Position numbers and translations under genes: made by a program. A stretch of DNA of 42,789 bases, taken from positions 1 to 42,789 of IMG/VR virus record IMGVR_UViG_3300046048_000265; one strand, 5' to 3'. Every line of letters starts with the position of its first letter. Position 1 is the stretch's first letter. The notes under the pieces were generated by a model. It had not been told where the DNA came from and searched no databases. It saw only the letters and a list, made by a program, of their open reading frames with translations. Positions 8,993-19,681 of the stretch are shown one piece after another. This stretch comes from a virus. Lineage: Duplodnaviria; Caudoviricetes.

Positions 8993-10508
8993 TAATGGTC
9001 TAAACACAGACCTACCAGCAGCGGAACTCCCGCCAGGTTTCGTTACTGATGGGCGCAACTTCTGCGTCATCAATGGCAACATTAGGACTCGTGGCGGGTT
9101 CTCATTTGGTTCAGACACTCCTGCTGATTTTAAATTCATGTACCCTATGGATGCTGATAGGGACGTATGGATCCTATTTTCTGATACTGAATGCTATTTG
9201 TTTGATGGAAATAGTTTTACAGACATCACTGGTGCAATTCCTTTAGACCCTGACGCATACTCATGGGTTGGCACTAGCATTGGCAGGATCTCTGTATTTT
9301 CTAGTGAAAGCAATTATCCGATGTATTTATCGGATACAAGTGGCAATAGCACATTAAGTGATTTGCCCTATGACGTAGAAGGATCCTCCACCTGGCGGAG
9401 CGTTGGATTAGTAGCCAGGAGCATTCGTAGTGTTGGCCAGTTCTTGGTAGCAATGAATATTACTGATGGAGGCACTCACTATCCTGATTTGATTCATTGG
9501 TCTCACCCAGCTGATGTAGGTGGCTTACCAAACTCTTGGGATTATTTCAGAGATGATAGGCTTGCTAATAGAGTCGCACTCGGCGGTAATGGAGGCGATA
9601 TAATAGATGGATTTGCATTAAGAGATGGTATGCAAATCTATAGGCATAATGGAATCAGCACTCTTAATTTGACTAGAGATGAGTATGTCTTTTCTATTCG
9701 TCATCTAACTGAGATTGCATCTGCTGCTAATGTCAGGTCTATAGTTGAAATCAAAGGCGCACATTTTGTAATGACAAATGATGACATAGTTGTCAATGAT
9801 GGCAACTCTGTACAATCAATTGTGCATCATAAAATCCGCAGAGCGTTTATAGAGCGTTTGAATGGAGAGAATATTCATACAGCGTATGCTATGAAGAATC
9901 CTCTTGCTAAAGAGATATGGTTCTGTATTCCTGAAACTTCTGAACTTTGCACAACTGCATTTATTTATAATTGGAGAGATGATTCTTGGGCAGTTCGAGA
10001 CTTGCCATCAGTTAGGCACTCTGACTTTGGCGTCGTTAAGAGCGAGTCTAAAACTTGGGATGCTTGGCTAGAACTTTGGAATGCTAGTACAGGTATCTGG
10101 AACCAAGGAAGAACATCTGTAAACGATAAATCTGTGGTGGCATGTTCACCTGTCAGTACTATCAATCTTGACATTGAATTCTCTAACTCTGAAGGTGGGA
10201 CTGAATTCAATACATATATTTACAGAGATAATCTGGCAATAGCTGGCCACGACAATGTCACTGCTATACAGAGAATCTATCCTCACATCAGCGGAACTCA
10301 AGAAGTGCTGATTGAAGTTGGTAGTCATGACCATGCTTATGGGCCAATACGATGGAAGCCAGGCGTAAAGTTCCGCCCTGGGATAGATAGAAAAGTAGAT
10401 ATTAGAACAACTGGAGAGCTTCATGCTTTCCGTATATCTTCAACTGGCACTGAGCACTGGAAGTGTAGTGGCATGGATATTGAATATGCCCTGGCTGGTA
10501 AGCGATGA
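8958..10508 (+). CDS. Tail nozzle / DNA stabilisation protein
   Basis: 516 aa beta-rich protein after the adaptor; GLNTD.P..LP, WS...P.SW and EIWF motifs. Confidence 0.6.
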   Translation: MYQILRINDFGSNGLNTDLPAAELPPGFVTDGRNFCVINGNIRTRGGFSFGSDTPADFKFMYPMDADRDVWILFSDTECYLFDGNSFTDITGAIPLDPDAYSWVGTSIGRISVFSSESNYPMYLSDTSGNSTLSDLPYDVEGSSTWRSVGLVARSIRSVGQFLVAMNITDGGTHYPDLIHWSHPADVGGLPNSWDYFRDDRLANRVALGGNGGDIIDGFALRDGMQIYRHNGISTLNLTRDEYVFSIRHLTEIASAANVRSIVEIKGAHFVMTNDDIVVNDGNSVQSIVHHKIRRAFIERLNGENIHTAYAMKNPLAKEIWFCIPETSELCTTAFIYNWRDDSWAVRDLPSVRHSDFGVVKSESKTWDAWLELWNASTGIWNQGRTSVNDKSVVACSPVSTINLDIEFSNSEGGTEFNTYIYRDNLAIAGHDNVTAIQRIYPHISGTQEVLIEVGSHDHAYGPIRWKPGVKFRPGIDRKVDIRTTGELHAFRISSTGTEHWKCSGMDIEYALAGKR

Positions 10509-11197
10509 CACTTAACAAGGTTCAAGCTGTTCAGAACCCTCTTATTATAGAGGAGCAGCCACCTGCTACTACAGAAAAATCTTTGTCTGAGTATCTTGTC
10601 AGGATGTTCAGATATGCCAATAGTGCTCTTAGAAGGATATACGCAAGGTTACAACTGTTATTAGATTGGCAAAAAGATCATATTGATGTTGAAGGCAATC
10701 CGCACCCTCAATACTTAAAGATTGTTGATCTTCCTGAGCCTGTAGTTCAACACGTAGCATACGCGCATATGCGTATAGCTGACGCATTTGTGTCTACTAA
10801 TTTTACTGTAGGTCAAACTATAGCACCATACGATGTCCATGTTATTCCTCCATACAATCTTGGAACGAATCTTTCTACAGGAAAGATCACATTTACGCAA
10901 GATGATGTTGGCATCTATAGTTGCACATTAAGTGTATATGCTGCTTCTTCAACGACTGATTGCTCCTTCAGGATAAAAGGGTATATTAATAACCAGCCAA
11001 GTGTTATAGATTTGTATCTTAATGCTAAAATCGACCCTAATGCTCAAACTGCTTCCATTACAACTCTGATGACAATTACTGAACCTTCAACTATAGAATT
11101 GAGATTGTACTCTAGTAATCCTGCTGGCCAAACTCTGAAGGTTTACATTATGGACTTCCTAGTTGCTAGGGAATATGATTTGCCGCAGGCTACATAA
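10505..11197 (+). CDS. Putative tail needle/fibre-like protein
   Basis: Helical N-terminus, NPHPQY motif, beta-sandwich C-terminus; located in the tail module. Confidence 0.45.
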   Translation: MTLNKVQAVQNPLIIEEQPPATTEKSLSEYLVRMFRYANSALRRIYARLQLLLDWQKDHIDVEGNPHPQYLKIVDLPEPVVQHVAYAHMRIADAFVSTNFTVGQTIAPYDVHVIPPYNLGTNLSTGKITFTQDDVGIYSCTLSVYAASSTTDCSFRIKGYINNQPSVIDLYLNAKIDPNAQTASITTLMTITEPSTIELRLYSSNPAGQTLKVYIMDFLVAREYDLPQAT

Positions 11198-11391
11198 TGA
11201 TTAAATATATTGCAATTGCGTATGTTGTAGCAGTGATCACATCATGCACTCTTGTCAGTATAGAGACAATTGACAGGTGCTCCTACCAACAAGAAACTTG
11301 GATAGGTCTGCCAATATTCAAAAAGTTAGATTGTGATGATGTCAATAAGCCAGAGCAAACTAGCAAAGCGGAAATTATTTTAAAGAAATAA
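11197..11391 (+). CDS. Small putative lipoprotein
   Basis: MIKYIAIAYVVAVITSC hydrophobic leader with lipobox-like ITSC. Confidence 0.45.
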   Translation: MIKYIAIAYVVAVITSCTLVSIETIDRCSYQQETWIGLPIFKKLDCDDVNKPEQTSKAEIILKK

Positions 11392-11447
11392 CTATTGCCA
11401 GTGTTGCTAATATCTGCTATCATTGTACATATTAAGAGGATTTCCAA

Positions 11448-12290
11448 ATGTCTGTAATTAGCCTTGGTGGCGGCGCTAGCAAATCAAAGAGCAAGTCACA
11501 ATATAGTGAGAACGTATTTGACCCACAGGCACAAGCTCTTACTGGTTTGTATGGCAATGCTGCTCAATTATATGGTGGCCAGAACTTTGCTCCATTTATG
11601 CAGATGGCTCAGCAATTGCAGCCATGGATGTTTCAGCAAGCTCAGAATCTTCAACCTGCTATGCAACAGCAAGCTCAGGGCGGAATTCGTAGTCCAGAGC
11701 TAGAACAACAGCTTGCTGCTAACATGGGTGCACCTTCTCAGATGGGGCAAATGTATGCCAATATTGTTGGTGGTCAAGGGAATACTTATATAGATCCTTT
11801 GATCAACAATATGCGTACTGATATGCTCAATACTACCAACCGCCAAATTGGTACGCAGAATGATCTAAATGCTGCAATGGTAGGACAGTCTGGTAGTGCA
11901 AAGCATGGAGTTCAGAATGCACTGACTCAGCGATATGCTAATCAAGACTTCCAGACATCAGCCAATGCAGCCAGGGCGGGTGCTTACGATAAAGACTTGC
12001 AAATGAAAATGGCTATTGCAAAGAATGCTGATACCAATAGATTGCAATCAGCTCAACAATCAATGAATTACATGCAAGGACTGAATCAGAATCAACAAGG
12101 TGCATTTAATTTGGCTGGCAATATGCAGAATCTTGGCATGGGCGGATTCGCTCCATTGATGCAGGCATATCAGCAACCTTGGAATGCAATGAATCAATAT
12201 GCTGGTATCATTGGTGATCCTACTGTTCTTGGCCAAGGCTACAGCAAGGGCAGCTCTAGTGCCTGGAATGCTAATGGGAGTTTCATGTAA
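11448..12290 (+). CDS. Putative internal virion (DNA ejection) protein
   Basis: GGG.SKSKS N-terminus; Gln/Ala/Gly/Met-rich; located after tail genes. Confidence 0.6.
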   Translation: MSVISLGGGASKSKSKSQYSENVFDPQAQALTGLYGNAAQLYGGQNFAPFMQMAQQLQPWMFQQAQNLQPAMQQQAQGGIRSPELEQQLAANMGAPSQMGQMYANIVGGQGNTYIDPLINNMRTDMLNTTNRQIGTQNDLNAAMVGQSGSAKHGVQNALTQRYANQDFQTSANAARAGAYDKDLQMKMAIAKNADTNRLQSAQQSMNYMQGLNQNQQGAFNLAGNMQNLGMGGFAPLMQAYQQPWNAMNQYAGIIGDPTVLGQGYSKGSSSAWNANGSFM

Positions 12291-12718
12291 TGTGGGGATG
12301 GCTGGCGGGACTACTTAGTGGAGCAGGCGGAACAGGCGCAGCTGGTGCAGCAGTTAAGACAGCTGGGCAAGGCAACCTATTTGAGAAAGGTGTCCAAGGT
12401 TTGCTCAATGCAATTCCTGATGATAAATTTGATGCAATGAATGCTAGATTGGATCAAGTTAGTGACCTTTGGAATAATAGGGACACTAATGTTATTGGAG
12501 CAATAGCAGAAGGTGCTGGCAGTGGAAGTGGAGTGGAAGCACTTGCTGGTGGCAAATCTGCTGCTCCAGCAAATGCCCAAGCTGCTGATACATCTGGTGC
12601 CTATATGGGAATGAATGATTTCCGTCAGATGTTTAGCAATAGGGAGCGGCCAAGTTCACAGCGACCGCAACTAGACCCTGTGGTAAGTAATTATTTGAAA
12701 GGATTGCTCGGAGGTTAA
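12290..12718 (+). CDS. Putative internal virion protein
   Basis: Gly/Ala-rich N-terminus; coupled to neighbouring genes. Confidence 0.5.
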   Translation: MWGWLAGLLSGAGGTGAAGAAVKTAGQGNLFEKGVQGLLNAIPDDKFDAMNARLDQVSDLWNNRDTNVIGAIAEGAGSGSGVEALAGGKSAAPANAQAADTSGAYMGMNDFRQMFSNRERPSSQRPQLDPVVSNYLKGLLGG

Positions 12719-12719
12719 T

Positions 12720-14558
12720 GTGGGTATTCTTAGCAGAGCTATTGAAGGTTATGCAAGGGGAATCAACCCTAAATATGCAGCTCAGCAAGATGCTTATGAG
12801 CAGCGTGACGCATTGCAAAAAATCATAGAAGAACTAGGTCCAGCTCAAGCACATCACCCATTATACTTAGCTAATGCTATGGTGGCCAGTGGCAACCCTG
12901 CTCTTGTGGCAAAGGGCACTGAGATGATGGCTGGCTATCATACTGGCAAGACTGGGAATATAAAAGAATTTGAATATGGTCTGACTCTGCCACAAGAGCA
13001 GATGGACAATTTAAGGGCAGCCACTGGCAAGGGCTACAAGTTTTCAGCGACCAAGGACGTAGTAGTTAATGGCAGACCAATGTTATCCGTTACCATGGTA
13101 AATGATGCTGGTGATGTCAAGACTGTTGTTACTGACCTGCAAGTGTTCCAAGCGTGGAAGAAGTTGGCACTAGGCGGCGGCCAAGAGGGATATGTTGATA
13201 TCAATCCCACTGGATCTTCTACTGGTGGCACATACAGATCAGGTGAGGGAGTGCCAGCGCAATATCAATCTGGTGGCGCTCCTCAACCAATGCCACAAGG
13301 CGTTCCGCAGCAAATACCCGCTGGCGGACCTCCCGGTGGTGCTGCAATGCCTCCCGCTGGCGGGGCTGCTGTGCCTCCTGGCATAGATCCTGCAACTGGT
13401 ATGCCCATAGGCCAAGCTCCTGCAACCGCGCCTAACGCGCAAGGCGGGACGCAAGGCGGGGGCGCTACTACCCTACCGGCTAGCCCGCAAACGCCGCCTA
13501 CGCCGCATCCTGCGGCGCAGAACGGGGTAGCGCAAGGCGCACCTAGGACTATAGGGGCACCATCAAACACGTTTACTGATAATGTAATTGCTACTCATCT
13601 TGCAGAGGGCACTGCCAAAAGGGAAAATGAAAGAATAGAGAACAGAACACCAAGAAGAAATGCTGTTATTTCATTATATGAAACTGGTCGTAATGTTTCT
13701 GAAGCAATTCAAAATGCTGGCAAAATAGTTGATGAAAAACGTGGACATGCAGCAGGATTTTTTTATGGCATTAATCCACGATATAAAGGATTTGAACTCA
13801 CTGGTGGTAGTGAGATGGCCAATCTTAGATCAGAGATTGAAACCATTAAAGCAAATCTTAGTTTTGATAAAATGCAGGAATTAAAAGCTCAGAGTGCCCA
13901 AGGTGCCACTGGACTTGGACCGATTGCAATTCCTGAATTTATGGCATTGCAATCAGCCATTACAAACCTGGACCAAGGTAAAAGTTATGATGAGCTTTAT
14001 AAGTCGCTAAATACAGTAAATCGTACATATCAAAATTTAATGAAGAGATTAGAGGCTGACTATGTTGAGTCATATCCAGAGGATGTTCCTAATTTATATA
14101 GTCGTTTGGAAGATCTTAATTTAAAAGACTTTAGAGTTCCTGATCTCCCTGGCCTTAAAGAATTTTCACCTCAAAGGGTGGCTGCTGCTGATAGTTACGC
14201 GCCAATAGGAGCCGCCATTAGGAATGCTACTGATTCTGGACCACCCCATCCTACTGTATTCCAGGGATGGGAATCTGATATAAGAAGTGAAGTTCGCAAT
14301 TCTGCTGATGATGCTCTTGGAAGGGTATCTACTCTTATGAATCGTATAAGAAGGATGCGGAGTAATGGCACTACTTCACAGCAAGATATTAAGGACAACA
14401 TCGTTGATGAGATTAGTACCAAATCTCAATCTAACTTACCATTATCACAGAGGAACTTTCTAAGGAAACTGCCGATTGACGAGCTGGTGCAACTCCTTCA
14501 AGATATGGAGCGCACACCAGCTCGTCCAGAACGCCGTCCCTTTTCAGTCGTTAATTAA
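12720..14558 (+). CDS. Putative large DNA ejection protein with a P/G/A/Q linker
   Basis: 612 aa; IKANLSFDKMQELKAQS..GA.GLG...EF..LQSA helical motif; last gene of the late operon. Confidence 0.55.
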   Translation: MGILSRAIEGYARGINPKYAAQQDAYEQRDALQKIIEELGPAQAHHPLYLANAMVASGNPALVAKGTEMMAGYHTGKTGNIKEFEYGLTLPQEQMDNLRAATGKGYKFSATKDVVVNGRPMLSVTMVNDAGDVKTVVTDLQVFQAWKKLALGGGQEGYVDINPTGSSTGGTYRSGEGVPAQYQSGGAPQPMPQGVPQQIPAGGPPGGAAMPPAGGAAVPPGIDPATGMPIGQAPATAPNAQGGTQGGGATTLPASPQTPPTPHPAAQNGVAQGAPRTIGAPSNTFTDNVIATHLAEGTAKRENERIENRTPRRNAVISLYETGRNVSEAIQNAGKIVDEKRGHAAGFFYGINPRYKGFELTGGSEMANLRSEIETIKANLSFDKMQELKAQSAQGATGLGPIAIPEFMALQSAITNLDQGKSYDELYKSLNTVNRTYQNLMKRLEADYVESYPEDVPNLYSRLEDLNLKDFRVPDLPGLKEFSPQRVAAADSYAPIGAAIRNATDSGPPHPTVFQGWESDIRSEVRNSADDALGRVSTLMNRIRRMRSNGTTSQQDIKDNIVDEISTKSQSNLPLSQRNFLRKLPIDELVQLLQDMERTPARPERRPFSVVN

Positions 14559-15584
14559 TGTAGCAGTAGGGTGGAATGGTATGCCATCTTTAGTTAGATA
14601 GGCATACTCCACTCTTACTTGCTTTCCTATATATCGTCCTCTATTAAACATAACATGTTCCTTAAATTTCATATCTCCTGGCGCCGATACTGTAAAAGTA
14701 ATTTCTTCATCAGCGCATACTAGCCTCGCCCATCCATCTTTCGATGGAACTATATCAATAATAGTAAAGTCTTTGTCATGCCACGCCTTTACTTTAAGTA
14801 GTGATTTGCTTCTTTTACCCACTTCATATCCGCAATTATCAGATCTTACTATTAAGCCTTCATATCCATAGGCCAGAGCATCAGATAATTGCTGCTTCAT
14901 GTTACTAATAGCCTCTATTGGCCAGGCCGGCGCTAGCACAGCGGAACCTTTTAAGCTATAGTGCCGCAACTTCTGATACCGTTCCCTGAATGGCTCAGAA
15001 CTTATCATATCATATACTACATACGCCAATTTGTTAGTGTCCTCCTGTTTCCTTTTAATTAAAGATACTATTTCTTGCAGAGATAGATCATGATTATATA
15101 TCTCTCCATCTAGAGTTGCACCTACTGGAATATCTATTCCAGACAAGATGTGATCTATAGTTTCAATTTTCTTGCCATTCCTACTATATGCTATTAAACT
15201 TTTCCCATCATTGTATATTAGGCACCTATTGCCATCATACTTATATTGAACCATCGCTCCATCTAAATTAGTTTTTACTTTCTCAAAAGTGTGTGCTAGC
15301 ATTGGCTTCATAAGGCTGATTGCATTTGTACCAGCCCCCTCTAATGCTTCTTCTATTGTTGACTTATACCCTGCGCTTCTTTTTACCCTCGCTCTAGATT
15401 CAATTCTTAATTGCACTTGCTCATCTATACTTCTGTTCGATCTATTAGTATTAACAAACTCGTATCTGACTTGCTGCTGACCGTTGATCACTCCATGTGT
15501 GATACATATTTCATCTACTCCAGTGCGCTCGCATTGCCATATACGCAACACATTCTTAACATCTTGTCTGTATAATTTAATCAT
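14544..15584 (-). CDS. ATP-dependent DNA ligase
   Basis: KPMLA, KYDGNR (KxDG), LDGEIY, EGLIVR, RSKSLLKVK motifs. Confidence 0.92.
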   Translation of the reverse strand: MIKLYRQDVKNVLRIWQCERTGVDEICITHGVINGQQQVRYEFVNTNRSNRSIDEQVQLRIESRARVKRSAGYKSTIEEALEGAGTNAISLMKPMLAHTFEKVKTNLDGAMVQYKYDGNRCLIYNDGKSLIAYSRNGKKIETIDHILSGIDIPVGATLDGEIYNHDLSLQEIVSLIKRKQEDTNKLAYVVYDMISSEPFRERYQKLRHYSLKGSAVLAPAWPIEAISNMKQQLSDALAYGYEGLIVRSDNCGYEVGKRSKSLLKVKAWHDKDFTIIDIVPSKDGWARLVCADEEITFTVSAPGDMKFKEHVMFNRGRYIGKQVRVEYAYLTKDGIPFHPTATLIND

Positions 15585-15895
15585 CTGTTGTCTCCTTCTC
15601 CATCAATTACGTTCCGCTTGGAGCGACACGCTAGTTTTCTTATATTTGCATTCATTACAGTTTCCATATCTAAGCCTAGCTCAGAGCAGCAGGCTGCCAC
15701 CATCCATAAAACGTCTCCTAACTCCTTCTCCATTTCAACTATATCAACATGCACAAATGCTGCTTCGTCTCCATATCTCCTTAACATTTTAGCTATCTTC
15801 CCTGCTACCTCTCCAGCTTCTTCCACCAGACCAAGGAAAGGATAGAATCTTGATTTATAAATAGCAAATTCCATTGCTTCATCTTGATAGCTCAT
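15581..15895 (-). CDS. MazG-like nucleotide pyrophosphohydrolase
   Basis: LGLVEEAGEVAGKI.K...KELGDVLW...N..KL..R..G.GDNR. Confidence 0.88.
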   Translation of the reverse strand: MSYQDEAMEFAIYKSRFYPFLGLVEEAGEVAGKIAKMLRRYGDEAAFVHVDIVEMEKELGDVLWMVAACCSELGLDMETVMNANIRKLACRSKRNVIDGEGDNR

Positions 15896-18642
15896 ATCTC
15901 TACTCCAAAGTGACGGTTAAGGTTTACTATCTCATCGCATTTAATACGTCGCCATTTCTCGTTCTCAATACCTCCTTTTATAAGATACCAGTCTTTGCCA
16001 ACCCTTCCATTCTCTGTAATATCATGACCTAATCTATCATAGTCATAACGGCTAACAGTACAGCTAATAAGGTCAGTATCATCCTCTACGGTAAAGTTCA
16101 GATACATAGGGAATTGTTCCACACGTTCCCCGCCCCTGCGCTCCAAGAACACTTGCTCATTTAGGTTACGTGGGTTCCTATCTAGTAGCCTACCTATGAA
16201 TATAAATGAACCTTCTCCATCTACGTCCTTAATATACATTGGCCGCATTATGCCATACTGCTCAGGATTCTCGTATAAGCCTCCCCAATAGTGCTTAGCA
16301 GGGAATAGTATATCAAATGGAGTCTTAGGATTCTTCAGATGCTTATATAGCGATGGCGTTATCTTCCCCTTACCTTGACGCATCTTTAGAACCTGCTTGG
16401 CTTTCTCTGGTCCTATTCCAATTATATTGGACAGTCCTCCTATAATCTTTTCTCCATCAGTCTTCCATCCTATTTCTGATAGGTCTGCATCTACTGGTAC
16501 ATAATCTATTCCTTCGTTGACGACAATATCTCGTAAATATCTAACAGTGCTTTCAAAATTATCATTGTGATTAAGAACAGCAACAGAAAAATGCAATGGA
16601 TAATTAGCTTTAAGATATGCAGTCCAATACGATACAATACCATAACTGACTGCATGAGATTTGTTAAAGCTCCAGCTACCACTTGAACTAATATCTGTCC
16701 AAATTGATTCAGGATCATCATACCCATTACTTTTAGCTCCTTCTATGAACCTTTCTCTATACTGTCCAAAGAACTCATCACCTAGTGATTTAGATGCGGC
16801 CCGCCTCAGTGTTGAGGTGTCCTCCCAACTGAACCCTCCTATCTTTCTAGCTATCTCCATCATTTGCTCTTGGTACACTACGATACCAAATGTCTCTCCT
16901 GTTATCTCCTTATGTATATCAGAGTGATACCTTGCAGTTTTCTCTCCATTCTTTGTCATTATATATCTAGCAGTACCGCCACTGTTTAATGCCCCTGGTC
17001 TTGCTAGTGCTGTTATTGCAGCTATATCGTCGAATCGCTCTACCTTTATCTTTTTACAAATCATTTGCAGAGCTTGACCTTCAAACTGAAATATACCAGT
17101 CAGGCGGTGGCTATTAATTAGATCATATGTTTTAGCATCATCCAGCGGGACATTATACATATCGCGAGGGTCCATACCTATGGACTTGCAGCAATCTTCG
17201 ATTATTGAAAGAGTCTTTAGTCCCAAGCAATCTATTTTCAGTAGCCCTAGTTCCTCTGCTGTTTTCTTATCTAGCATTACCACTCCGTCCCTAGAGTTGA
17301 CACTAGCATAGTTAGTTAATGGTTCCGTGGAGACTAAGATCCCCGCAGCGTGTTTTCCCGCGTGGCTGGCATGATCTTCTATACGCTCCACGAGCCGCAT
17401 TGTTGGATACTGCTCTATAAACTTTTTACCTGCATCAGTAGTGTTGAATGTATCAAGTATCTGCATCTGAGCTCGTGCATCGCCTGAACTTCTTTCTATT
17501 ATAGATTGTTTGACGTCATCAGTCTCCCAAGGAGGAATACCGAGTCCTTTAGCAAACTCTCCAATTGCAAGTTTTGGTTTAAAACGATTAATATTTGCAA
17601 GGCCAGCAACGCGGTCATTGCCATATGTATTCTTAATATGGTCAATAACTTTGTATCTTTCCCTATCAGGGAAGTCGATATCAATATCAGGCAAATCGAA
17701 ACGATTAACGTCGATAAAGCGCTCAAAAATAAGACCGTGTACAATTGGATCTACCTCTGTTATATCAAGAAGATAGCATACAAGCGACCCAGCGGAACTC
17801 CCTCGTGCTGGGCCTACGAGCATCTCTTGTTTGGCCTTCTTAACTATACTGGACACTATTAAGAAGTAATCAGTATAATCTTTTTCCTTGATTAGATTTA
17901 GTTCTCTTTCAAGTCTTTGGCTATAGTCTGAACTAGAAAGATCAACTCCTTTTCTATTAGCACCTTCAATGCACAAATCTAATAAACCAACTGTGCCTTC
18001 GGATTTAACCATTCCGGCGGTAGGTATCCTAAAATCTTCACACTGCCGAGCAATGGCCTTGGTCTTTGCATAGACTATACTTGGCAGTTCTATATTGTCT
18101 ATTATATATTGCCTACCTGCTTTTGTATTAAATTTGTACATGTACCCATCGCCTCTTTTGCTAGACCCTGCCATGAGCTGATATACTTTTCTATCTTCTG
18201 GTTTAGGATAGTAATTATCATCTATAAAAATCTCTCCTGGTCTATATGAATCATGAGTGAATATTTCTTCTGGTCTGATTACAATAATATCGTTTAGACC
18301 TTCCAGCTGGTCTTTATATATTCTTGGAATATAATAGAATTGATCCCATGCCGTAGAAACTAGCTTATAAAGTTTAATCAATCCCTCCCTATTCTTTGCA
18401 ATGAATATTGTGTGCTCATGGCACAATCTCTGCTTAGTATTCCGTTCGACTACGTTAAGTCTAACTCCAAACAGTGGCTTAAAGCCATGCTTGTCAGCTA
18501 GCTTTTGTAACGGAACGTGGCCATACGTATTGTTTATGTCTGCTATGCCCACTACGCCGTCCTTGGCGTAGTTTGGAACATAGCTCATAGGCATGAAACA
18601 CTCTCTGAAAGAGTATTCAGTCTTTAGAGCTATATGGATCAT
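15892..18642 (-). CDS. dnaE: DNA polymerase III alpha subunit (family C)
   Basis: PHP-like N-terminus, GPARGSSAGSLV, FERF, PDIDID, KHAAG, KID.LGL, FNKSHA; start at 18642 by ATGA overlap. Confidence 0.95.
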   Translation of the reverse strand: MIHIALKTEYSFRECFMPMSYVPNYAKDGVVGIADINNTYGHVPLQKLADKHGFKPLFGVRLNVVERNTKQRLCHEHTIFIAKNREGLIKLYKLVSTAWDQFYYIPRIYKDQLEGLNDIIVIRPEEIFTHDSYRPGEIFIDDNYYPKPEDRKVYQLMAGSSKRGDGYMYKFNTKAGRQYIIDNIELPSIVYAKTKAIARQCEDFRIPTAGMVKSEGTVGLLDLCIEGANRKGVDLSSSDYSQRLERELNLIKEKDYTDYFLIVSSIVKKAKQEMLVGPARGSSAGSLVCYLLDITEVDPIVHGLIFERFIDVNRFDLPDIDIDFPDRERYKVIDHIKNTYGNDRVAGLANINRFKPKLAIGEFAKGLGIPPWETDDVKQSIIERSSGDARAQMQILDTFNTTDAGKKFIEQYPTMRLVERIEDHASHAGKHAAGILVSTEPLTNYASVNSRDGVVMLDKKTAEELGLLKIDCLGLKTLSIIEDCCKSIGMDPRDMYNVPLDDAKTYDLINSHRLTGIFQFEGQALQMICKKIKVERFDDIAAITALARPGALNSGGTARYIMTKNGEKTARYHSDIHKEITGETFGIVVYQEQMMEIARKIGGFSWEDTSTLRRAASKSLGDEFFGQYRERFIEGAKSNGYDDPESIWTDISSSGSWSFNKSHAVSYGIVSYWTAYLKANYPLHFSVAVLNHNDNFESTVRYLRDIVVNEGIDYVPVDADLSEIGWKTDGEKIIGGLSNIIGIGPEKAKQVLKMRQGKGKITPSLYKHLKNPKTPFDILFPAKHYWGGLYENPEQYGIMRPMYIKDVDGEGSFIFIGRLLDRNPRNLNEQVFLERRGGERVEQFPMYLNFTVEDDTDLISCTVSRYDYDRLGHDITENGRVGKDWYLIKGGIENEKWRRIKCDEIVNLNRHFGVEI

Positions 18643-19175
18643 ACAATATAACCTTTCTCGATAAGAAACCTGAGACAAGTGTGCAGCGCTCTAACATCAG
18701 AGTCTGCTCTATGGTGGTTCTTAATCGGTTGCCCCGTGGCTAGTAAGTGCAGGTCCGCCAGTCCCTGCCGCTTCCCTGTTATAGGAATCGAGGCTTCTGC
18801 TGTGCAGATATGCACTGATGGCCAAGGAAACTTATACTCGCATTCTATCCGCATAAGTTCATACATTAGCATCCCCCTATCGAATGCTACGTTATGCGCC
18901 ACCATGATGGTTTCTCCTAAGAAGAACTTTGCAAGATCTGGATAGATACCAGAGAACAGCGGTGCCCTTGCTACATCCTTATCCGTGATTCCAGTTATCT
19001 TAGTTATTTCTTCAGATATTGGAATTGGCGGCTTTACCATAGAATGATACTCGTCTATCTTCTTCATCGAGTCATCTATTTTCATACAATATATTTCAGT
19101 TATATATGGTTGTTTCGATATATCAGAAGATTCAGGACATAGCAGTCCAGTAGTTTCAGTATCGAATAAGATCAT
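18639..19175 (-). CDS. DEDDh 3'-5' exonuclease (Pol III epsilon-like)
   Basis: DTETTG, AHN..FD and HRA.SDV motifs. Confidence 0.92.
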   Translation of the reverse strand: MILFDTETTGLLCPESSDISKQPYITEIYCMKIDDSMKKIDEYHSMVKPPIPISEEITKITGITDKDVARAPLFSGIYPDLAKFFLGETIMVAHNVAFDRGMLMYELMRIECEYKFPWPSVHICTAEASIPITGKRQGLADLHLLATGQPIKNHHRADSDVRALHTCLRFLIEKGYIV

Positions 19176-19681
19176 ACCAATGGTTTCCTTAGTTGAGTTA
19201 CTAAGCAAAGATTCTCAAGACGATCTCCCATGATCATATTAGTTGCTATCTCCATATATTCTACTTTCCCTTTGCTATAGTCTTTATTTTGAAATAGGTT
19301 GGTCCATATTTTTTCAGAGAACGTCCTTTTGTGGTCTACATCTGTATGTGCCATCGCTCCTAAGTAGTATGGTACGACTATATTTATGTGGCCACCAGGT
19401 AGTAGTACCCTCCTCATTTCCTGCATCAGCGGAACGATATTTTGTATATGCTCTAGGAAATGGTAAGCATGGATCTGTGCCACTGTCCTAGAAGGATATG
19501 GCAGAGGATCTGTTTCTGCATTCCATTCAGGATATTCTAGCTCCTCAGTAAATGGTATAGTCTTATTGCCCGGTCCAAGATTTACAACTCGATACTTAAT
19601 AGGATCAAAGTCCTCTAATATCTCATTGTACTCTCTTTGCATACCAAGATTAAATAGATCCATCAGTGTTTGCATAGTCAA
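19172..19681 (-). CDS. Small class I SAM-dependent methyltransferase-like protein
   Basis: NLGPG, LPYP, HFLEH, E.RRVL.PGG motifs. Confidence 0.7.
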   Translation of the reverse strand: MTMQTLMDLFNLGMQREYNEILEDFDPIKYRVVNLGPGNKTIPFTEELEYPEWNAETDPLPYPSRTVAQIHAYHFLEHIQNIVPLMQEMRRVLLPGGHINIVVPYYLGAMAHTDVDHKRTFSEKIWTNLFQNKDYSKGKVEYMEIATNMIMGDRLENLCLVTQLRKPLV

